Shown: positions 8,230-20,647 of the stretch, one piece after another
How positions within the stretch are numbered: the stretch's first letter is position 1
Layout of the letters: each line of letters begins with the position of its first letter
Source of the DNA: Dehalococcoidia bacterium
GTDB lineage: Bacteria; Chloroflexota; Dehalococcoidia; Lucifugimonadales; VXLM01
Direction of reading: 5' to 3'
Length of the DNA: 64,000 bases
Assembly: GCA_965220255.1 (NCBI GenBank)
Contig: OZ244816.1
Location: 854,083 to 918,082, forward strand
Made by a program: the position numbers and the translations under genes
Notes under the pieces: generated by a model
Database searches by the model: none
The model's input: only the letters and a program-made list of their open reading frames with translations
What the model was told of the DNA's origin: nothing

Positions 8230-11200
8230 AGGCCGTTCGAGTTGCTCATGCGTTGTCTCTCCTCAGCGGTCTTTCTTCGTCTCCGCAACGCCGCGATCAG
8301 CAAGACCAGCAACAAGAGCAGCCCCATCAGGCTGATGGGCACCAGCGCCCTGTCATCGATGCCCATCGACGCTATGAACTGGGGCAGCGCAGTCGGGAGG
8401 GCGATCGGCGTGGGCGACGAGCCCTTCGTCAGAGTCATGCCCGGCGCAGGGACAGGAGTAGGCGTAGGCGTTGGATTTACGCTCGCCACTGCGGGGACGC
8501 CTCCTGTGCCGGAACCGTCGTCCGATGATCCAGCCGGTACAGGGGTAGGAGTGGCTCTCGTGTCCTCATCATCGGTCGGCTGACCGGACGTGGGTGTGGG
8601 AGTCGCCGCCGTCTCTTCATCGTCCGGCTGGGCCGGTCCGGGGGTGGACAACGCGCTCAGGCGTACCGTTACGGTGAAGGTCTCCGTAACCTCGTACTCG
8701 CCATCGTCGGCCGTAATCGTCACCGTGTAGTCACCGACCTTCGCGTCGTCCTCGACCGCTCCGCCCGTCATGCTCTCGCCCGGATCGTAGGCCAGGCCGT
8801 TCGGCAGACCTTCCAGGGTCACAGTCGGCGATGGATCGTCGTCAAAGACGAGGATGCCGAAGGGGTGTACCGTCTGACCCTGGGAATAGCTCTTGTCACC
8901 CGGATTGATGATTATGGGCGGCGTGTTGATGTCTCCTCCGTGCCCGTAGCCGTCATCCTCCTGGGCCCCCACGTTCCCCTGGCGGTAACCCGGACCGGGT
9001 GTGGGCGTTGCGGATGTCGGCACAGGTGTCGGCACAGGTGTTGGTTCAGACCTCGGGCCGGGCGTCGGCTCAGGCGTCGGTACTGGCGTCGGCTCAGGAG
9101 TAGACCCAGACGTTGGCTCCGGTGTCGGCTCAGGCGTCGGCTCAGGTGTAGACCCAAGCGTAGGCTCCGGCGTGGGCACAGGCGTCGATTCGGGCGTCGA
9201 TGTGGGTGTGGGCACAGGCGTCGATGTGGGTGTGGGTGTCGGCGTGGATTCCGGCGTCGGCTCCGGTGTAGGCTGATGCGTGGATTCAGGCGTTGGCACC
9301 GATGTCGGCTCAGGTGTTGGTTCGGGTGTAGGCTCGGGTGTAGGCTCTGGCGTCGGAATGGGCGTCGGAATAGGCGTTGGGGTTGGCGTTGGGGTTGGCG
9401 TTGGTATGGGAGTCGGAGTGGGCGTGGGAGTCGGCGCAGTCTGCCCAGCGGTGGAGCCTTCCCCGTAGTCCGACCACGGGCTGACGCCCTCATCGTTCCG
9501 GGCTCTTACTATGACGTGGTACGTCGTGTCTGCGCGCAATCCCGTGATCGCGGCATGGGTCTGGAGGCCGGAGAGAGGGTTTGCCGTCCACTCGGTCTCG
9601 CCCACCTCTTTGTACGCCATGTCGTAGGATGTCACAGGCGGTCTGCCCGTCGTGTCCGGGGCCGTCCACGTCACGTCCAGCGCGGAAGCGGGGAAGTCTG
9701 ACGATCGGAGCACTGTCGGGGCGGCCGGTCTGGCCGGCGGCTCGTTCACGTCCGTCACGTTGACGGTGAGAGACAGGGTATCCGTGTGGCTGTGCCCGTC
9801 GTCCACCGTGACAGTGAGGGCGTCATAGGTCTGCCTAGCCTCGAAGTCCAGCGGGGCTTTGGTCCTCAACTGGCCGGTGTCACCGTCGATGGTGAACGCG
9901 CCGGCGTCGGCCCCGCTGAGAGTGTAGGTGAGCGGATCGTCTTCCGCATCGGTCGCCGTGATCGCCGCGCCGATTGCCGTGCCCGGCGGCGTGTTCTCGG
10001 CCACTGAGCGGGCGGCGTCATCGCCCTCGGTGAATTTCGGCAGCCCGTCGTCGTCCGCTATGGTCACCATCGCGGTCCGCCGGCCCATCGATACGCCATC
10101 GTCGGGCGATGAGACGGTCACCTTGATCAGCACAATTGAAAAGCTCTCCAGGTCCTCGTGTTCGTCGTCGTCGAGGATGTTTATCGTGATGGTTGCCGTC
10201 GTCTGTCCGGGCTGGAAGGTCACTGTGCCGGAACTGGGCTCGTGTTCGTGCGCCGGTGAATGGGACCTGCGGGAGGACCCCGACGCCCCGCCGGCCCCAT
10301 TTGCGCCCGATCCTCCCCCGGTTGACCACGACACCGTGACCGTAGCGTCCACAGGCGCGGAGAGACTGACCGGCAGGCCCACGCTGGATCCCTCACCCAC
10401 CGGGTTGCCCGGCGAGTGGATGGAGACCGAGGCGGCGGTGTTGCCAACTCCGGTATCCGACCAGGGGCTTTCACCCTCGTCGTTCCGCGCGAGCACCTGC
10501 ACCTCGTAGGCCGTGCTCCCCGTCAAGCCGGAGAGCGTGGTCTGGGTTCCCGTGCCCGAGAAGGCGTGGTCGGTCCACTCCGTCGCGCCCTGAGCCCGGT
10601 ACCGCACGTCGTAGCCGGTAATGGCGGGCTTCCCCGTCATGTCCGGCTCAGTCCATGCCACGTCCAGCGCGGACGAGGGGGAGCCTGACGATTGGCTCAC
10701 CGACGGCGCGTCGGGCTTGGGCGGCGCCTCGTCCACGTCGGTCACGGTAATCGTCACCGTAATCTCGGTACTGGCGGGCGGGGTTTCGGCATCAATAGCG
10801 TGGGGGTCGCGGTAGGCCGCTACGACGACGGTATAGATGTCCTGGGCCTCATGGTCCAAGGACGCGCCCTGGGCAACGGCTATCTGCCCGTTGCCCGCGT
10901 CCAGAGCGAAAATGGAGGATGGAGTCTTCAGTGCATAGACCAACGTTTGGCCATGGCTGTCTGTAGCCGTTACCATGTCGCCCACGGGGGTCCCGGCCGG
11001 TGAGTTTTCGGCCACCGCGCGGTGTGAGGCCTGCTTGGGGAATGCCACCCTGTGGCTTCGTGCACCGGTCTGGCCTTCACCCGGCGATGACCAAGGGCTG
11101 GCGATGTTGGAACTGTGCGCCCGGACCCGGACCTCGTAGGCCGTGTCCTTTGTCAGGCCGGTAAGCGTGGTGCTGGTCTGCGTGCCGGTGAAGGCGTGGT

Positions 11201-14200
11201 CAGTCCAGGCCGCGTCGCCCTTCTTCCGGTACTCTACGTCGTAGTCGGTTATGGAAAGGCCGCCGGTGGTGGCGGGCGCCGTCCATGCCGCGTCCAGCAT
11301 GGTCGTGGGATCGGTCGTCGACTGAGTCACTGCCGGCGCGTCGGGAGCGGACAGCGTCGGTGTGGGCGTCGATGGAGGCGTAGTCGACGGTGGAGGTGCT
11401 GGCGCATCCGTGACGTTGATCGTGAGATCGACGGCGGCGGCCTGACCCTGCACGGTCCACTTCACCTGTCCGGTGTAGGAATCCTTCGTCTGGTAGTTCA
11501 GATCCGCCCCCTGCTTCACCCTGATCTGGCCGGAGGCTTCGTCAATCACGAATGCCCCGTCCACCTCGCCCGTCAGCGTGTAGCTCGGCAGCTCAGTCCC
11601 ATGGGGCGCGCCTGTCACCGGACCGCCCACCGCCGTGCCCGCCGGGGAGTTCTCGACGATGCTCCGGGTCTCGCTCCTTTGCCCTGTGATCGTCACGGAG
11701 CGCGTGACGTATCCGCCGTACCCGTCGGAGGCCCCATAGGTGGCGGTTGTGGAAGCCGGGTTGACAACGGTTGTCGTCAACGTGTCTGAATCGCTGCCCG
11801 TTATCGCGGCCGTGAGCACGCCGGGGTGCTCCGAAGAGGCCGAGAAGGTCAGCGTGTCGCCGTCAGCGTCTTCGAACTCGTCGCTGATGTCATAGTCCGT
11901 GGCAACGCCGACGGCCACGGGGCCGGCAACGGTGAGTCCCTCACCTTTGGCGGTTGGCGGCGTGTTGGCCGTTCCTTCCCCTGCGTCCGACCAGGGTCCC
12001 GTGCTGTCGTCACTGTACACGACGCGCACCCGCGCCTCGTAGGTGGCCCCGCCTTCCAGGTTCAGGAGGGTTAGCGTGTGGCTGGTCGCGCCGACGGTTC
12101 CGCTGTAGTCCGTCCACTCGGCGGGATCCTCGCCCGCAGCGGCCTTCTTGCGGTACTGCGCCTCGTACCCGGTGATGGCTGCTTCGTTTTCCTCCGGGGC
12201 CGTCCACGTCACGTCCAGGGCCGGGGGCGACGGCTCGCTGAACGGGGTGCGGGTCAGCGTCGGCGCGTTGATTTCACCGGGCTCCACATCGGTCACGTTG
12301 ATGGTGAGATGTGCGGCGGCCGTTCTTCCCCAAGACACGGTCCACGTGACCGCTCCCACCCAGGACGTCGTGCCGCTCTCGTAATCCAGCGTCGCTCCCT
12401 CTTTCACCCTCACCTGGCCCGTGGCCGAGTCGATGACGAAGCTATCCGTGAAGTTTTCCGTTACGCCGTGCAGCGTGTGGGTCAGGGTCTCCCCGTTGCA
12501 GGAATTCCCCATAACCGGGTACCCCACCGCCGTGCCGGCGGGCGAGTTCTCGGGGATTTCGCGGACCTGCCTGGAGTTACCGTGATAGAAGGTCCATGTT
12601 TCATGGGATTCCCCGCCGTACTCGTCATACGACTTGGCAGAGACTCTTGTGCCGTTCCCGACGGGGTTGTTTATGTATACAAACAGCCTGGTGCCCTGCA
12701 TCCAAGTTCGTACTGCGCAGGGATCGATTGAATGGGCCGAGTAGGTGAGCGTATCGCCATCCGGGTCCTCAAAGTGCCCGGGGATTTCAGTGTAGATTGT
12801 GCTGTGGCCCCACTCAAGGGTAACACTGGGCCAGGGCGGCGTGTGCCTATCACCTTGCAGCGGTCCTCCCGGCGGCCGGTTGGCCCTGCCTTTCCCGGTT
12901 TTCGACCAGGGGCCTGCGCCCTCGGCGCCGCTCATCGCCCGCACCTGTGCTTCGTAGGTGGCGCCCGCCTCCAACCCAGCCAGATTCAGACTCCTCGCGT
13001 CCGCGCCCAGGGTCCCACTGTAGTCCGTCCAGCCGGTCTCGCCCTGCTTGCGGTACCGCGCCTCGTATCCCGTGATGGTGGTGCCGTAGGCAGCAGCAGC
13101 CTTCCAGGCGACATCCAGCGCCGGGGGCGTCGGATCGCTGAACTTCGTGCGGGTGAATGTGGGCGCGTCGGGCTTCCCGGGCACGGCGTTCGTCACGTTG
13201 ATGGTGACGCCGATCTTGCCCTTGCGCTCACCGCTGGTATAACTCACCTCCCCGGTGTAGGAGCTCTTGGTCTCGTGGTCCAGTTTCGCGTTCGGCCCCA
13301 CCCTGATCTGGCCGCTGGCGGAGTCGATCACGAATGCCCCGGAGGTCGACGCCTCGCCGCCCAGCTTGTGCGTCCCGCCGCTGTTGGACGCCCACGTCAC
13401 CGGGGCGCCCACCGCCGTGCCCGCGGGATAGTTCTCGCCGACGCTCCGGGTCACGTTCAGCGGCAGAACATTTATGGCGATGTCGGCGTAGGCTTCCAGG
13501 CCCTGCACCGTCCAGTTCACCCGCCCGGAGTAGTAGCTCTTGGTCGCGAAGTGGATCGTCGCGCCTTGCTTCACGCTGACCTGGCCCGTGGAGGAGTTGA
13601 CTGTGAAAGCGCTCGCCGCCTCGCCCGTCAAGGAGTAGCTCAGGGCCACGTTGTTATAGGGGGTTCCGGTAATCGGGTCGCCCACATTCGTGCCGGCGGC
13701 GCTTCCCTCGACTATGCCCCCGGTCCACGGACGCGCGATGCCGCTGACGGCGATGTCCTGGGAGACGTATCCGCCGTATCCGTCATGCGCGCCGTAGGTG
13801 ACCGTCGACGTGGCCGGGTTGAGGATATATATCCTCAACTGGTCGGCGTCGTCGCCTTCTATGCCTGCCGTGAGCGCTCCGGGATGCGCGGATGAGGCCG
13901 TGTACGTCAGCGTGTCGCCGTCGTCGTCCGAGAAGTCGCCGCTGATCGTCTGAACGGAGTCGTCTCCGCCCCACGTGAGATTGTAAGCGGGGTTGAGGGT
14001 GCCCAAGGCCGTGAGCTTGGGGGGGCGGTTGGCCTGCCCTGAGCTGGTGTCCGACCAGGGGCCGGTTTCCTCAATGCTGGTGAGTGCGCGCACCTGGACC
14101 TCATATGTCACACCGGCCTCAAGGTCCGGCAATCTGAGGCTGGTCGCAGTCGCGGCCAGGGTTCCGGTGTAAGCCGTCCAGTCGGCGGGATCCTCGCCCT

Positions 14201-17200
14201 CGGCGGCCTGCTTGCGGTACTGCGCCTCGTAGCCGGTGATGGTCAGTCCGTTGGCGTCTGCCGCCGTCCACGTCGCGTCGAGGGCCGGAGCCGTCCGCTC
14301 AGTGAACTTCGTGCGCGTGACCGTCGGTGTGCCGGGCTTCCCAGGATTAACGTCCGTCACGTTGATGCTGACGTAAGCGATGGCGGTCTTGCCCTGCACT
14401 TCCCACTCTACCTGCCCCGAGTAGTACTTCTTGGTCTCGTAGTCCAGGCTGTCGCTTTCCTTGACACTGATCTGGCCGGTGGACGAGTCGATCTCGAAGA
14501 CGCCGGAAGTGGCCGCCACGCCTGTCAGCGTGTAGCTCAGTGTCTCCGTCCCATGCGGCGTGCCTGTCACCGGATCGCCCACCGCCGTGCCGGCCGGAGA
14601 GTTTTCGGGAATGTCGAGATTGAGGTTCGCGCTGGGGTTGATAGTGAGCCAATCTTCAACATAGCCGCCGAACCCGTCACGCGCCCCAAAGGTAATCGTT
14701 GCCTTGACCGGGTTGAGGAAGTGGATACTGAGCTTGTTATCCTCGATGGTCGGTCTGATAATCCCTACATCCCCCGTTGTTCTAGCCTCAGCCACGAAGG
14801 TGAGCGTGTCACCGTCGGGGTCGATAAAGTAGCTATTGATCGGGTGAACATCGTCCGTCCCGCCCCACAGAGCATCGACTTGCTGGCCTTCGGTGGGGCC
14901 GGTTAGGGTACGAGTGGGCGCGCGGTTGGCCTGCCCGGACCCGGTGTCCGACCAGGGGCCGTCGACCGTACCCCTGACCGCTCGCACCTGTACCTCGTAG
15001 TTGGCGCCCGCTTCCACGCCCGTCAGGTTGAGGCTGGTGGTCGTCGCCGACAGGGCACCCGTGTAGGCCGTCCAGGCCGCGACGCCGGACTTACGGTACT
15101 GCGCCTTGTAGCCGGTGATGGCCTCCCCCGCGTTGGTCGGGGCCGTCCAAGTCACGTCGAGGGCCGGGTCCGCCTGCACAGTGGACTTTGTGCGCGTGAC
15201 CACCGGCGTGCCCGGCTTCTCAATGTTGTCTTCAATGGTGATGTCGGCGCCGGTGACGGTCGCCTCGCTGGCCTTTCCCGATATAGTGATGGTCTTGTTT
15301 TCGTCCACAGCGGCCGGTATGCCGGTAAAGGTCAGCTTCATGGTCGCGGTGGTAAGACCCGAACCGATCTGCAAGACGGGCAGGGTCGATGGCGACACGG
15401 TATAGTGGGTTCCTTGGGTGGCCGTGCCAGTCAGCGAAAAGTTAATGTTGCTTCGACCGACGTCGGTATTGCGATTCGCCGTAACGGTAATCCCGAAGGA
15501 AAGGGCGTTCTCGGGGAATGAACTCGGTTCCACGCTCAGGGTAATTTCAGTGGCGGTGGATAGGGCCGTCAGCGGGTCGGCCTCCACGGTGATGGTGAAG
15601 TCGAATGATGCCTCGTCGCCGTCCTCATCGGTAGCGGTATAGGTCATCTCGAACTCACCCGCCTCGGCAGGCGTGCCGGAAATGACGCGAGTCGCCGCGT
15701 CGAAGGACAGCCCTTCCGGCAGGTCCGGCGTCAGGCTGTAGGTCAGCTCGCCGTCGCCGCCATCGGCCTCGGGCAGCGCGGGCAACGCATCTTCAGCAAT
15801 CTCCTCGCCTTCCGTGAGCGAGAAGCCGCTTACCGCAAGGGAGAAGAACGGTGCCAGACCGGTAACTCGCTTGACCTCAAACCGCGTTGTGGCGGGTGCG
15901 CTGCGGCCTACGCTGTTGTACGCCTCCACCCGCACCAGCCATTCGCCATAGTCTGCCACGGTGATGTTGGCATTGGAGGACTGAACCTCCACACCCGTGT
16001 TCAGCTTGTTGCCCGGGGCGGCGACTCGCCAGCGCACCAGGTAATGGCTCGCTCCGTCGACGTCATCCCAATCCAGCGACACGCCCAGCGAGCCGTTTGT
16101 GGTGTCAGCCTGCAAGCCCGTGGGCTTCGCCGGTGCGCTGACTATCGGCTCAGGCGTGGGAGTGGCCGTCGGTTCGGGCGTCGGCCCAGACGCAGTGTCC
16201 GACTCGACCTCAAACCGCGCAGTGGCGGGCGATCCGCAGCCCGCGCTGTTGCAGGCTTCCACCCGCACCAACCATTCGCCATAGTCGGCGACGGTGATGT
16301 TCGCGTTGGAGGACTGCGCCTCCACACCCGCGTTCAGCTTGTTGCCCGGGGCGGCCACTCGCCAGCGGACCAGGTAGTAGCTCGCTCCGGCGACGTCATC
16401 CCAGTCAACCGACACGTCCAGCGAGCCGGTTGTGGTGTCGGCCTGCAAGCCCGTGGGCTTCGCCGGTACGCCGGCTATCGGCTCAGGCGTGGGAGTGGCC
16501 GTCGGTTCGGGCGCAGTGGCCGACTCGACCTCAAACCGCGATGTGACAGGCGATCCACAGCCGGCGCTGTTGCAGGCCTGCACCCGCGCCAACCATTCGC
16601 CATAGTCGTCGACGGTGATGTTGGCGTTGGAGGACTGCGCCTCCACACCCGCGTTCAGCTTGTTGCCCGGCCCGGCCACTCGCCAGCGGACCAGGTAATA
16701 GCTCGCTCCGGCGACGTCATCCCAGTCCACTGACACGTCCAGCGAGCCGGTTGTGGTGTCGGCCTGCAAGCCCGTGGGCTTTGCCGGCGCGCTGACTATC
16801 GGCGCAGGCGTGGTTCCGGGAGTAGGTTCGGGAGTAGGATCCGGTGTAGGCTCAGGCGTAGGTTCGGGGGTAGGCTCAGGTGTGGGTTCGGGAGTAGGTT
16901 CAGGGGTAGGCTCAGGAGTCGGCTCAGGCGTAGATTCCGGTGTCGGTTCGGACCACGTAACGGTGATCGACGCTGAGGCCGATTTCCCGGAGCCGTAAGT
17001 CACCGTGACCCGAAACGCTTGAGATTCGGCCCTGTTAGTGAGGTATCGGAAGGTGGAACCCGACCCAAAAGAGTTCCAGCTTCCGCCCAGGTTCAACTCC
17101 CAATTGTACGAAGGGCTCGAGCCGGAGGGAGCGTTCGAGACGTTCGCGCTCAGCGTCACCGCCTGTCCGACCAAAGGACTGGCTGGGCTCGCCGTGATGG

Positions 17201-17351
17201 AGACCTGCAACGGGGGAGGCGCCTCCTGCGCGGAAGCCGATGGCGAGGAGAACAGGACGGCAGCCAGTGCGGCCAGGACAAGTATCAGCGTGAGTGACGC
17301 CCCGCGCTTCAGTCCGGTCTTCGAACTATAGTTGCCTGCCGTCGTATTCAC
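8211..17351 (-). CDS. Giant membrane-anchored surface protein/adhesin (FN3, cadherin-like, putative Ig, Calx-beta, Pro/Thr/Glu linkers), 3046 aa
   Basis: Signal peptide; FN3 motifs (LDVTWTAP…YEVQVRA…GPWS); cadherin motifs ([14 protein letters not shown]); Calx-beta ([10 protein letters not shown]…DDDEHE); C-terminal TM helix + RRRRK. Confidence 0.9.
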   Translation of the reverse strand: MNTTAGNYSSKTGLKRGASLTLILVLAALAAVLFSSPSASAQEAPPPLQVSITASPASPLVGQAVTLSANVSNAPSGSSPSYNWELNLGGSWNSFGSGSTFRYLTNRAESQAFRVTVTYGSGKSASASITVTWSEPTPESTPEPTPEPTPEPTPEPTPEPTPEPTPEPTPDPTPEPTPGTTPAPIVSAPAKPTGLQADTTTGSLDVSVDWDDVAGASYYLVRWRVAGPGNKLNAGVEAQSSNANITVDDYGEWLARVQACNSAGCGSPVTSRFEVESATAPEPTATPTPEPIAGVPAKPTGLQADTTTGSLDVSVDWDDVAGASYYLVRWRVAAPGNKLNAGVEAQSSNANITVADYGEWLVRVEACNSAGCGSPATARFEVESDTASGPTPEPTATPTPEPIVSAPAKPTGLQADTTNGSLGVSLDWDDVDGASHYLVRWRVAAPGNKLNTGVEVQSSNANITVADYGEWLVRVEAYNSVGRSAPATTRFEVKRVTGLAPFFSLAVSGFSLTEGEEIAEDALPALPEADGGDGELTYSLTPDLPEGLSFDAATRVISGTPAEAGEFEMTYTATDEDGDEASFDFTITVEADPLTALSTATEITLSVEPSSFPENALSFGITVTANRNTDVGRSNINFSLTGTATQGTHYTVSPSTLPVLQIGSGLTTATMKLTFTGIPAAVDENKTITISGKASEATVTGADITIEDNIEKPGTPVVTRTKSTVQADPALDVTWTAPTNAGEAITGYKAQYRKSGVAAWTAYTGALSATTTSLNLTGVEAGANYEVQVRAVRGTVDGPWSDTGSGQANRAPTRTLTGPTEGQQVDALWGGTDDVHPINSYFIDPDGDTLTFVAEARTTGDVGIIRPTIEDNKLSIHFLNPVKATITFGARDGFGGYVEDWLTINPSANLNLDIPENSPAGTAVGDPVTGTPHGTETLSYTLTGVAATSGVFEIDSSTGQISVKESDSLDYETKKYYSGQVEWEVQGKTAIAYVSINVTDVNPGKPGTPTVTRTKFTERTAPALDATWTAADANGLTITGYEAQYRKQAAEGEDPADWTAYTGTLAATATSLRLPDLEAGVTYEVQVRALTSIEETGPWSDTSSGQANRPPKLTALGTLNPAYNLTWGGDDSVQTISGDFSDDDGDTLTYTASSAHPGALTAGIEGDDADQLRIYILNPATSTVTYGAHDGYGGYVSQDIAVSGIARPWTGGIVEGSAAGTNVGDPITGTPYNNVALSYSLTGEAASAFTVNSSTGQVSVKQGATIHFATKSYYSGRVNWTVQGLEAYADIAINVLPLNVTRSVGENYPAGTAVGAPVTWASNSGGTHKLGGEASTSGAFVIDSASGQIRVGPNAKLDHETKSSYTGEVSYTSGERKGKIGVTINVTNAVPGKPDAPTFTRTKFSDPTPPALDVAWKAAAAYGTTITGYEARYRKQGETGWTDYSGTLGADARSLNLAGLEAGATYEAQVRAMSGAEGAGPWSKTGKGRANRPPGGPLQGDRHTPPWPSVTLEWGHSTIYTEIPGHFEDPDGDTLTYSAHSIDPCAVRTWMQGTRLFVYINNPVGNGTRVSAKSYDEYGGESHETWTFYHGNSRQVREIPENSPAGTAVGYPVMGNSCNGETLTHTLHGVTENFTDSFVIDSATGQVRVKEGATLDYESGTTSWVGAVTWTVSWGRTAAAHLTINVTDVEPGEINAPTLTRTPFSEPSPPALDVTWTAPEENEAAITGYEAQYRKKAAAGEDPAEWTDYSGTVGATSHTLTLLNLEGGATYEARVRVVYSDDSTGPWSDAGEGTANTPPTAKGEGLTVAGPVAVGVATDYDISDEFEDADGDTLTFSASSEHPGVLTAAITGSDSDTLTTTVVNPASTTATYGASDGYGGYVTRSVTITGQRSETRSIVENSPAGTAVGGPVTGAPHGTELPSYTLTGEVDGAFVIDEASGQIRVKQGADLNYQTKDSYTGQVKWTVQGQAAAVDLTINVTDAPAPPPSTTPPSTPTPTLSAPDAPAVTQSTTDPTTMLDAAWTAPATTGGLSITDYDVEYRKKGDAAWTDHAFTGTQTSTTLTGLTKDTAYEVRVRAHSSNIASPWSSPGEGQTGARSHRVAFPKQASHRAVAENSPAGTPVGDMVTATDSHGQTLVYALKTPSSIFALDAGNGQIAVAQGASLDHEAQDIYTVVVAAYRDPHAIDAETPPASTEITVTITVTDVDEAPPKPDAPSVSQSSGSPSSALDVAWTEPDMTGKPAITGYDVRYRAQGATEWTDHAFSGTGTQTTLSGLTGSTAYEVQVLARNDEGESPWSDTGVGNTAASVSIHSPGNPVGEGSSVGLPVSLSAPVDATVTVSWSTGGGSGANGAGGASGSSRRSHSPAHEHEPSSGTVTFQPGQTTATITINILDDDEHEDLESFSIVLIKVTVSSPDDGVSMGRRTAMVTIADDDGLPKFTEGDDAARSVAENTPPGTAIGAAITATDAEDDPLTYTLSGADAGAFTIDGDTGQLRTKAPLDFEARQTYDALTVTVDDGHSHTDTLSLTVNVTDVNEPPARPAAPTVLRSSDFPASALDVTWTAPDTTGRPPVTSYDMAYKEVGETEWTANPLSGLQTHAAITGLRADTTYHVIVRARNDEGVSPWSDYGEGSTAGQTAPTPTPTPTPIPTPTPTPTPTPIPTPIPTPEPTPEPTPEPTPEPTSVPTPESTHQPTPEPTPESTPTPTPTSTPVPTPTSTPESTPVPTPEPTLGSTPEPTPEPTPEPTSGSTPEPTPVPTPEPTPGPRSEPTPVPTPVPTSATPTPGPGYRQGNVGAQEDDGYGHGGDINTPPIIINPGDKSYSQGQTVHPFGILVFDDDPSPTVTLEGLPNGLAYDPGESMTGGAVEDDAKVGDYTVTITADDGEYEVTETFTVTVRLSALSTPGPAQPDDEETAATPTPTSGQPTDDEDTRATPTPVPAGSSDDGSGTGGVPAVASVNPTPTPTPVPAPGMTLTKGSSPTPIALPTALPQFIASMGIDDRALVPISLMGLLLLLVLLIAALRRRRKTAEERQRMSNSNGLIHEAL
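9001..9435 (-). repeat. Coding (PT)n/(PTPE)n low-complexity repeat
   Basis: 6/12-bp periodicity with synonymous variation; a second PTPE tract lies at ~16805-16950. Confidence 0.85.
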
Positions 17352-17649
17352 GTTATTTCCTCTTCTTCATGGAGTTGACACGCGCCGCAGAGTCGTAAGG
17401 ATTGCGCCAACGGCGCGAAACCTTACGCAGAACGCACCCAAGGTGGGTGCTAGGATCGAGAGACGACTCTTGGGGGAGCGGGTCCTAACGGCGGGACGAG
17501 CGGAGCGCTTCCGCAATCCCGCCCGAAGAGAGGAAATATCGGCGCCGGGCGTCTTGTGGGCCAGGTGCGCGGGGGGTAGTATGTGGGAGCGGTGGTTCCT
17601 GGTGCGTTTTCGATGTGAGAGTCGGGCGCAGGGGAACAGTTTCCGTAAG

Positions 17650-17678
17650 AGGCTCGGCTCCTGACCAGAGCCGAGCCT
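17650..17678 (-). terminator. 11-bp hairpin downstream of the first MarR gene
   Basis: aggctcggctc-N7-gagccgagcct; U-tract is weak. Confidence 0.4.
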
Positions 17679-17693
17679 TCATCATTCGTTGGT

Positions 17694-18209
17694 TCAGCCA
17701 TCTCCTATCCTTTCATCTATGACTCCACCGCCTGCTAAGCGCATGGCGGGCAGCGGTTTCGTCCCCCGCGAGAGGAGGAAAGCCGTATCTTCCAAGTTCG
17801 CCAGTACCTTGTGAGCGGCAGCGTAGAATGTGGCCCACTCATCGCCATTAATTCCCCTCACAAGCAGGTCGTTACTCTCCCTCAGTTCCTCGGCAAGGGT
17901 CCGCAACAGTGCCTGTCCGTCCTTCGTCAAGCTGAGTCGAACCGGTCGCCGGTCGCTCGACAGGCGCTGCCTGTGGATGAGCTTCCTATCCACAAGCTTG
18001 CTCACCAGACGGCTCATGACCGAAGCATGCACGTGGAAGACCCGCGACAGTTCCGTCACAGTATTCGCCTTCTCTCTGTGACAATAGTCGAGGATCCCAT
18101 ATTCCAGCGGCGAGAGCATGTATGGCGCGAGGCTCAAATCCGCCGCCCTGGCCGCTGCTATATTCAGACTGGTTATCAAATGCCCGATATCTTCATGTTC
18201 GTCTGCCAT
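17694..18209 (-). CDS. MarR-family transcriptional regulator
   Basis: wHTH (TVTELSR…SRLVSKLVDRKLI) and DRR wing motif; start set at MADEHE. Confidence 0.88.
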   Translation of the reverse strand: MADEHEDIGHLITSLNIAAARAADLSLAPYMLSPLEYGILDYCHREKANTVTELSRVFHVHASVMSRLVSKLVDRKLIHRQRLSSDRRPVRLSLTKDGQALLRTLAEELRESNDLLVRGINGDEWATFYAAAHKVLANLEDTAFLLSRGTKPLPAMRLAGGGVIDERIGDG

Positions 18210-18350
18210 CAGGCCACTCCGCCGCTCCGTCGCGCCTTTCGTCGCACTGTCAATTCGTTCTGTATACACGCTCGAATCCGTCACTGGTGTGATTTCGGTT
18301 TCAGGCACATCTGCCTTCAACAACGATTGCTTTTGAACTTATTGTGGGAT

Positions 18351-18393
18351 ACAATACATGTATACAAAAAGATTGTCAAGAGCATCTTTTGTA
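18351..18393 (-). promoter_or_regulatory. TTGACA-17-TATTGT promoter overlapped by palindromes (candidate MarR operator)
   Basis: -35 at 18374-18379, -10 at 18351-18356; palindrome ATACATGTAT at 18354-18363; inverted repeat aaaagat/atctttt around the -35. Confidence 0.6.
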
Positions 18394-18818
18394 CGTGGAT
18401 ATGTTGACGGTCGCAAGTACATCGTCCATGAGCAGGCGCGCCGCGTCCTCTGTGCCTTTCTACTCGGATGGCACGGTCGCCTTGCACGGATTGAAGAAAC
18501 CGACTGGGCGGTGGAGCAGCGAGCCGGGACGCATCCTCACCGGGCGTAGGTGTGGGCCTTGTGGTGCTCATTGGTCGCTCCTGTCCGCCGTTTGCGGACA
18601 ATGGCACGGACCAATAGTTGCCGCCTCATTACGCACCTTACAGAACCATGAACGTGTGTTACAAAACTGTGAACGCTTCCCACGCGGGATACAGAGAGTC
18701 GGCTAGGAGCGCCAACGCGCGTCATCCATTCAAATTGAGAATAATTGGTTGGAGTTCCCCATCCGGTCGATGGGCTCGATACCTATACCGCCCCCACTCC
18801 GTCCCCTTACGTGAGAAA

Positions 18819-19283
18819 ATGGCAAACCCAGAACAGCAAAAGCAACACAGTCGCAGCCACCCCGCAGATATGGGAAGAGGCATGGAAGGGCTGGTGAACG
18901 TTCTCAACAAGGGAGTGGCGGACGAGGTGAGGCCCTACGACCTCACCCCTGTGGAGTTCAACCTCTTGAGAACTTGCATGGAAGTGAACGAGTGCACCGC
19001 TACCGATCTGGCAAAGGTGCTGCCTGTCGACGCATCCCGCATAAGTCGCATAGTGACCAAGCTGGTTGACATGGACCTGCTTATCAGACGCCGTCTGCGC
19101 AGTGACAGGCGCACCGTGATGTTGCGACTGTCCGACAATGGCAAGGAAATGACTTCGATGCTCTCCGGCCGCATACAGGAATACGAAGCCAAGCTCTTGG
19201 AGGGCATTAGCGAGGAAGAGAAGAGCCTAATGGCCTCCATCACTTTCAAGATTCTTGCCAACCACGCCGCCATGGAGCAGTAG
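18819..19283 (+). CDS. MarR-family transcriptional regulator
   Basis: LTPVEFNLL…TATDLAKVLPVDASRISRIVTKLVDMDLL…DRR; paralogous to 17694-18209. Confidence 0.9.
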   Translation: MANPEQQKQHSRSHPADMGRGMEGLVNVLNKGVADEVRPYDLTPVEFNLLRTCMEVNECTATDLAKVLPVDASRISRIVTKLVDMDLLIRRRLRSDRRTVMLRLSDNGKEMTSMLSGRIQEYEAKLLEGISEEEKSLMASITFKILANHAAMEQ

Positions 19284-19524
19284 CTCGAATCTCAAGGGGT
19301 CCACGTCCGACCCCGGAGATAGCTCACGCCTCCGGGCTTGATGAGCCGGGCGCGCTATATCGGTCAGGAGTGCGGCTTGTTGGCTACCGCTTCGCCAAAA
19401 GCGACTCCGCATAACGCACCGGGATGATCCTTCTCAAATGTCGGCGCTTCGTATGTCCAACTTGGTATCCTGAATCAAGGTATCTAAGCGAGAGTTTGTT
19501 GACCGAGGGGAGTGTTTGTTGTGG

Positions 19525-20382
19525 TCAAGGTACCTCTGCCCACGTCTTCCCGTCCGGGGGTGAGGCTTGACCGAACCAGTCCTGGCCCCAGCAAACAACC
19601 TTACCGTCAACTCGTAGCCCGCATGCGTGCGTAGGAGACGCACTGATGGATGTGAAACGTTCCCCTTCGGGCGGGGACGCGAGTCCAGAATCAACGTATT
19701 TGGTCCAGCATACCGGGGTGCCGTCCATTCGGAGCCCACAGTGTGGGCTGTCGGTACTCAGTGATGCAAAACGTTCACCTTCAGGTGGCGATTGTGGAGT
19801 AGGGTCCGGGCTCCCCTCATATTGGCAACTATAGAACTGGCCTGGAGTAACCACACATGTCTCGTTGCCCCCGTCACCCCAGCACACGACCATGCCGTCT
19901 TCTCGCAATCCGCAAGAGTGCTCTTCGCCGGAGCTAACGGCGACAAAAAGCTCTTCTCTCGGCGCCGCGGTCATTTGGTTTCCGCCATGGCCCCAGCACA
20001 ATGTTGTGCCGTCCAAACGGATAGCGCAGGCATGGAGGCTCCCATTGCCGATGGCTGTGAACTTTTCGCCGGGTGGAGGAGAAGCTTGCCCCTGCTCGTT
20101 GCCGCCCCAACATGTTGGAGTGCCATCTTCGTGTAGTGCACAAGTGAAATTCCAGCCTACGCTAATTTCCTTGAACCTTTGGTTTGCCGGAGGCGTCTGG
20201 TCGTAGTACCCAGCAATTACTGAAATACTGCGACTGGCGGTAGTGCCTCCGTCTCGGTCACTCGTCGTCGCCGATGGAATTCCCTGGCCATCGAGCCTGC
20301 AGTATATGCCGCCGTTTTCGCTTTCCCTGCAAGTATGTTCGCCTTCTTCTGCGAAGTCCCAACATCGCCATACCTCACTCAC
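19525..20382 (-). CDS. RCC1/BLIP-II-like repeat protein, probably 5'-truncated
   Basis: About five repeats of F-x-x-I-S-x-G-x-x-H-x-C-G-L-R-x-D-G-x-x-x-C-W-G; no signal peptide; in-frame stops just upstream. Confidence 0.7.
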   Translation of the reverse strand: MSEVWRCWDFAEEGEHTCRESENGGIYCRLDGQGIPSATTSDRDGGTTASRSISVIAGYYDQTPPANQRFKEISVGWNFTCALHEDGTPTCWGGNEQGQASPPPGEKFTAIGNGSLHACAIRLDGTTLCWGHGGNQMTAAPREELFVAVSSGEEHSCGLREDGMVVCWGDGGNETCVVTPGQFYSCQYEGSPDPTPQSPPEGERFASLSTDSPHCGLRMDGTPVCWTKYVDSGLASPPEGERFTSISASPTHACGLRVDGKVVCWGQDWFGQASPPDGKTWAEVP

Positions 20383-20647
20383 GAGTTCCGGCTACAGATT
20401 GGAGTCGATTCCCGGCGCCTCGACCTTATAGACGCGGGGTTCGGTCGTCAAGTGCGGAGCATGGGCGGGGCTCATGGGGTGCTTGAGGAAGTATTCAGGT
20501 CACCACTTTGGACAATACAAAGAGCTTCACGTTGAGGATTGTTCTCCGTTTATAATTTGGCTTATATCTCGTTTGGGGTGACGCTCTATCGATACAAATC
20601 AACCTAGTACACCTCCATGAATGCCTCATTTGACGTTTGATGGGTTA

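Noticed and set aside
15880-16795. Similar FN3 copies as a diversity-generating retroelement TR/VR pair
   Set aside because: All copies are in-frame domains, differences are not adenine-specific, and there is no reverse transcriptase.
20392-20502. In-frame TAG/TGA upstream of the RCC1 gene as Pyl/Sec recoding (selB is present)
   Set aside because: Two different stop codons, no evident SECIS and no catalytic context; decay is the simpler explanation.
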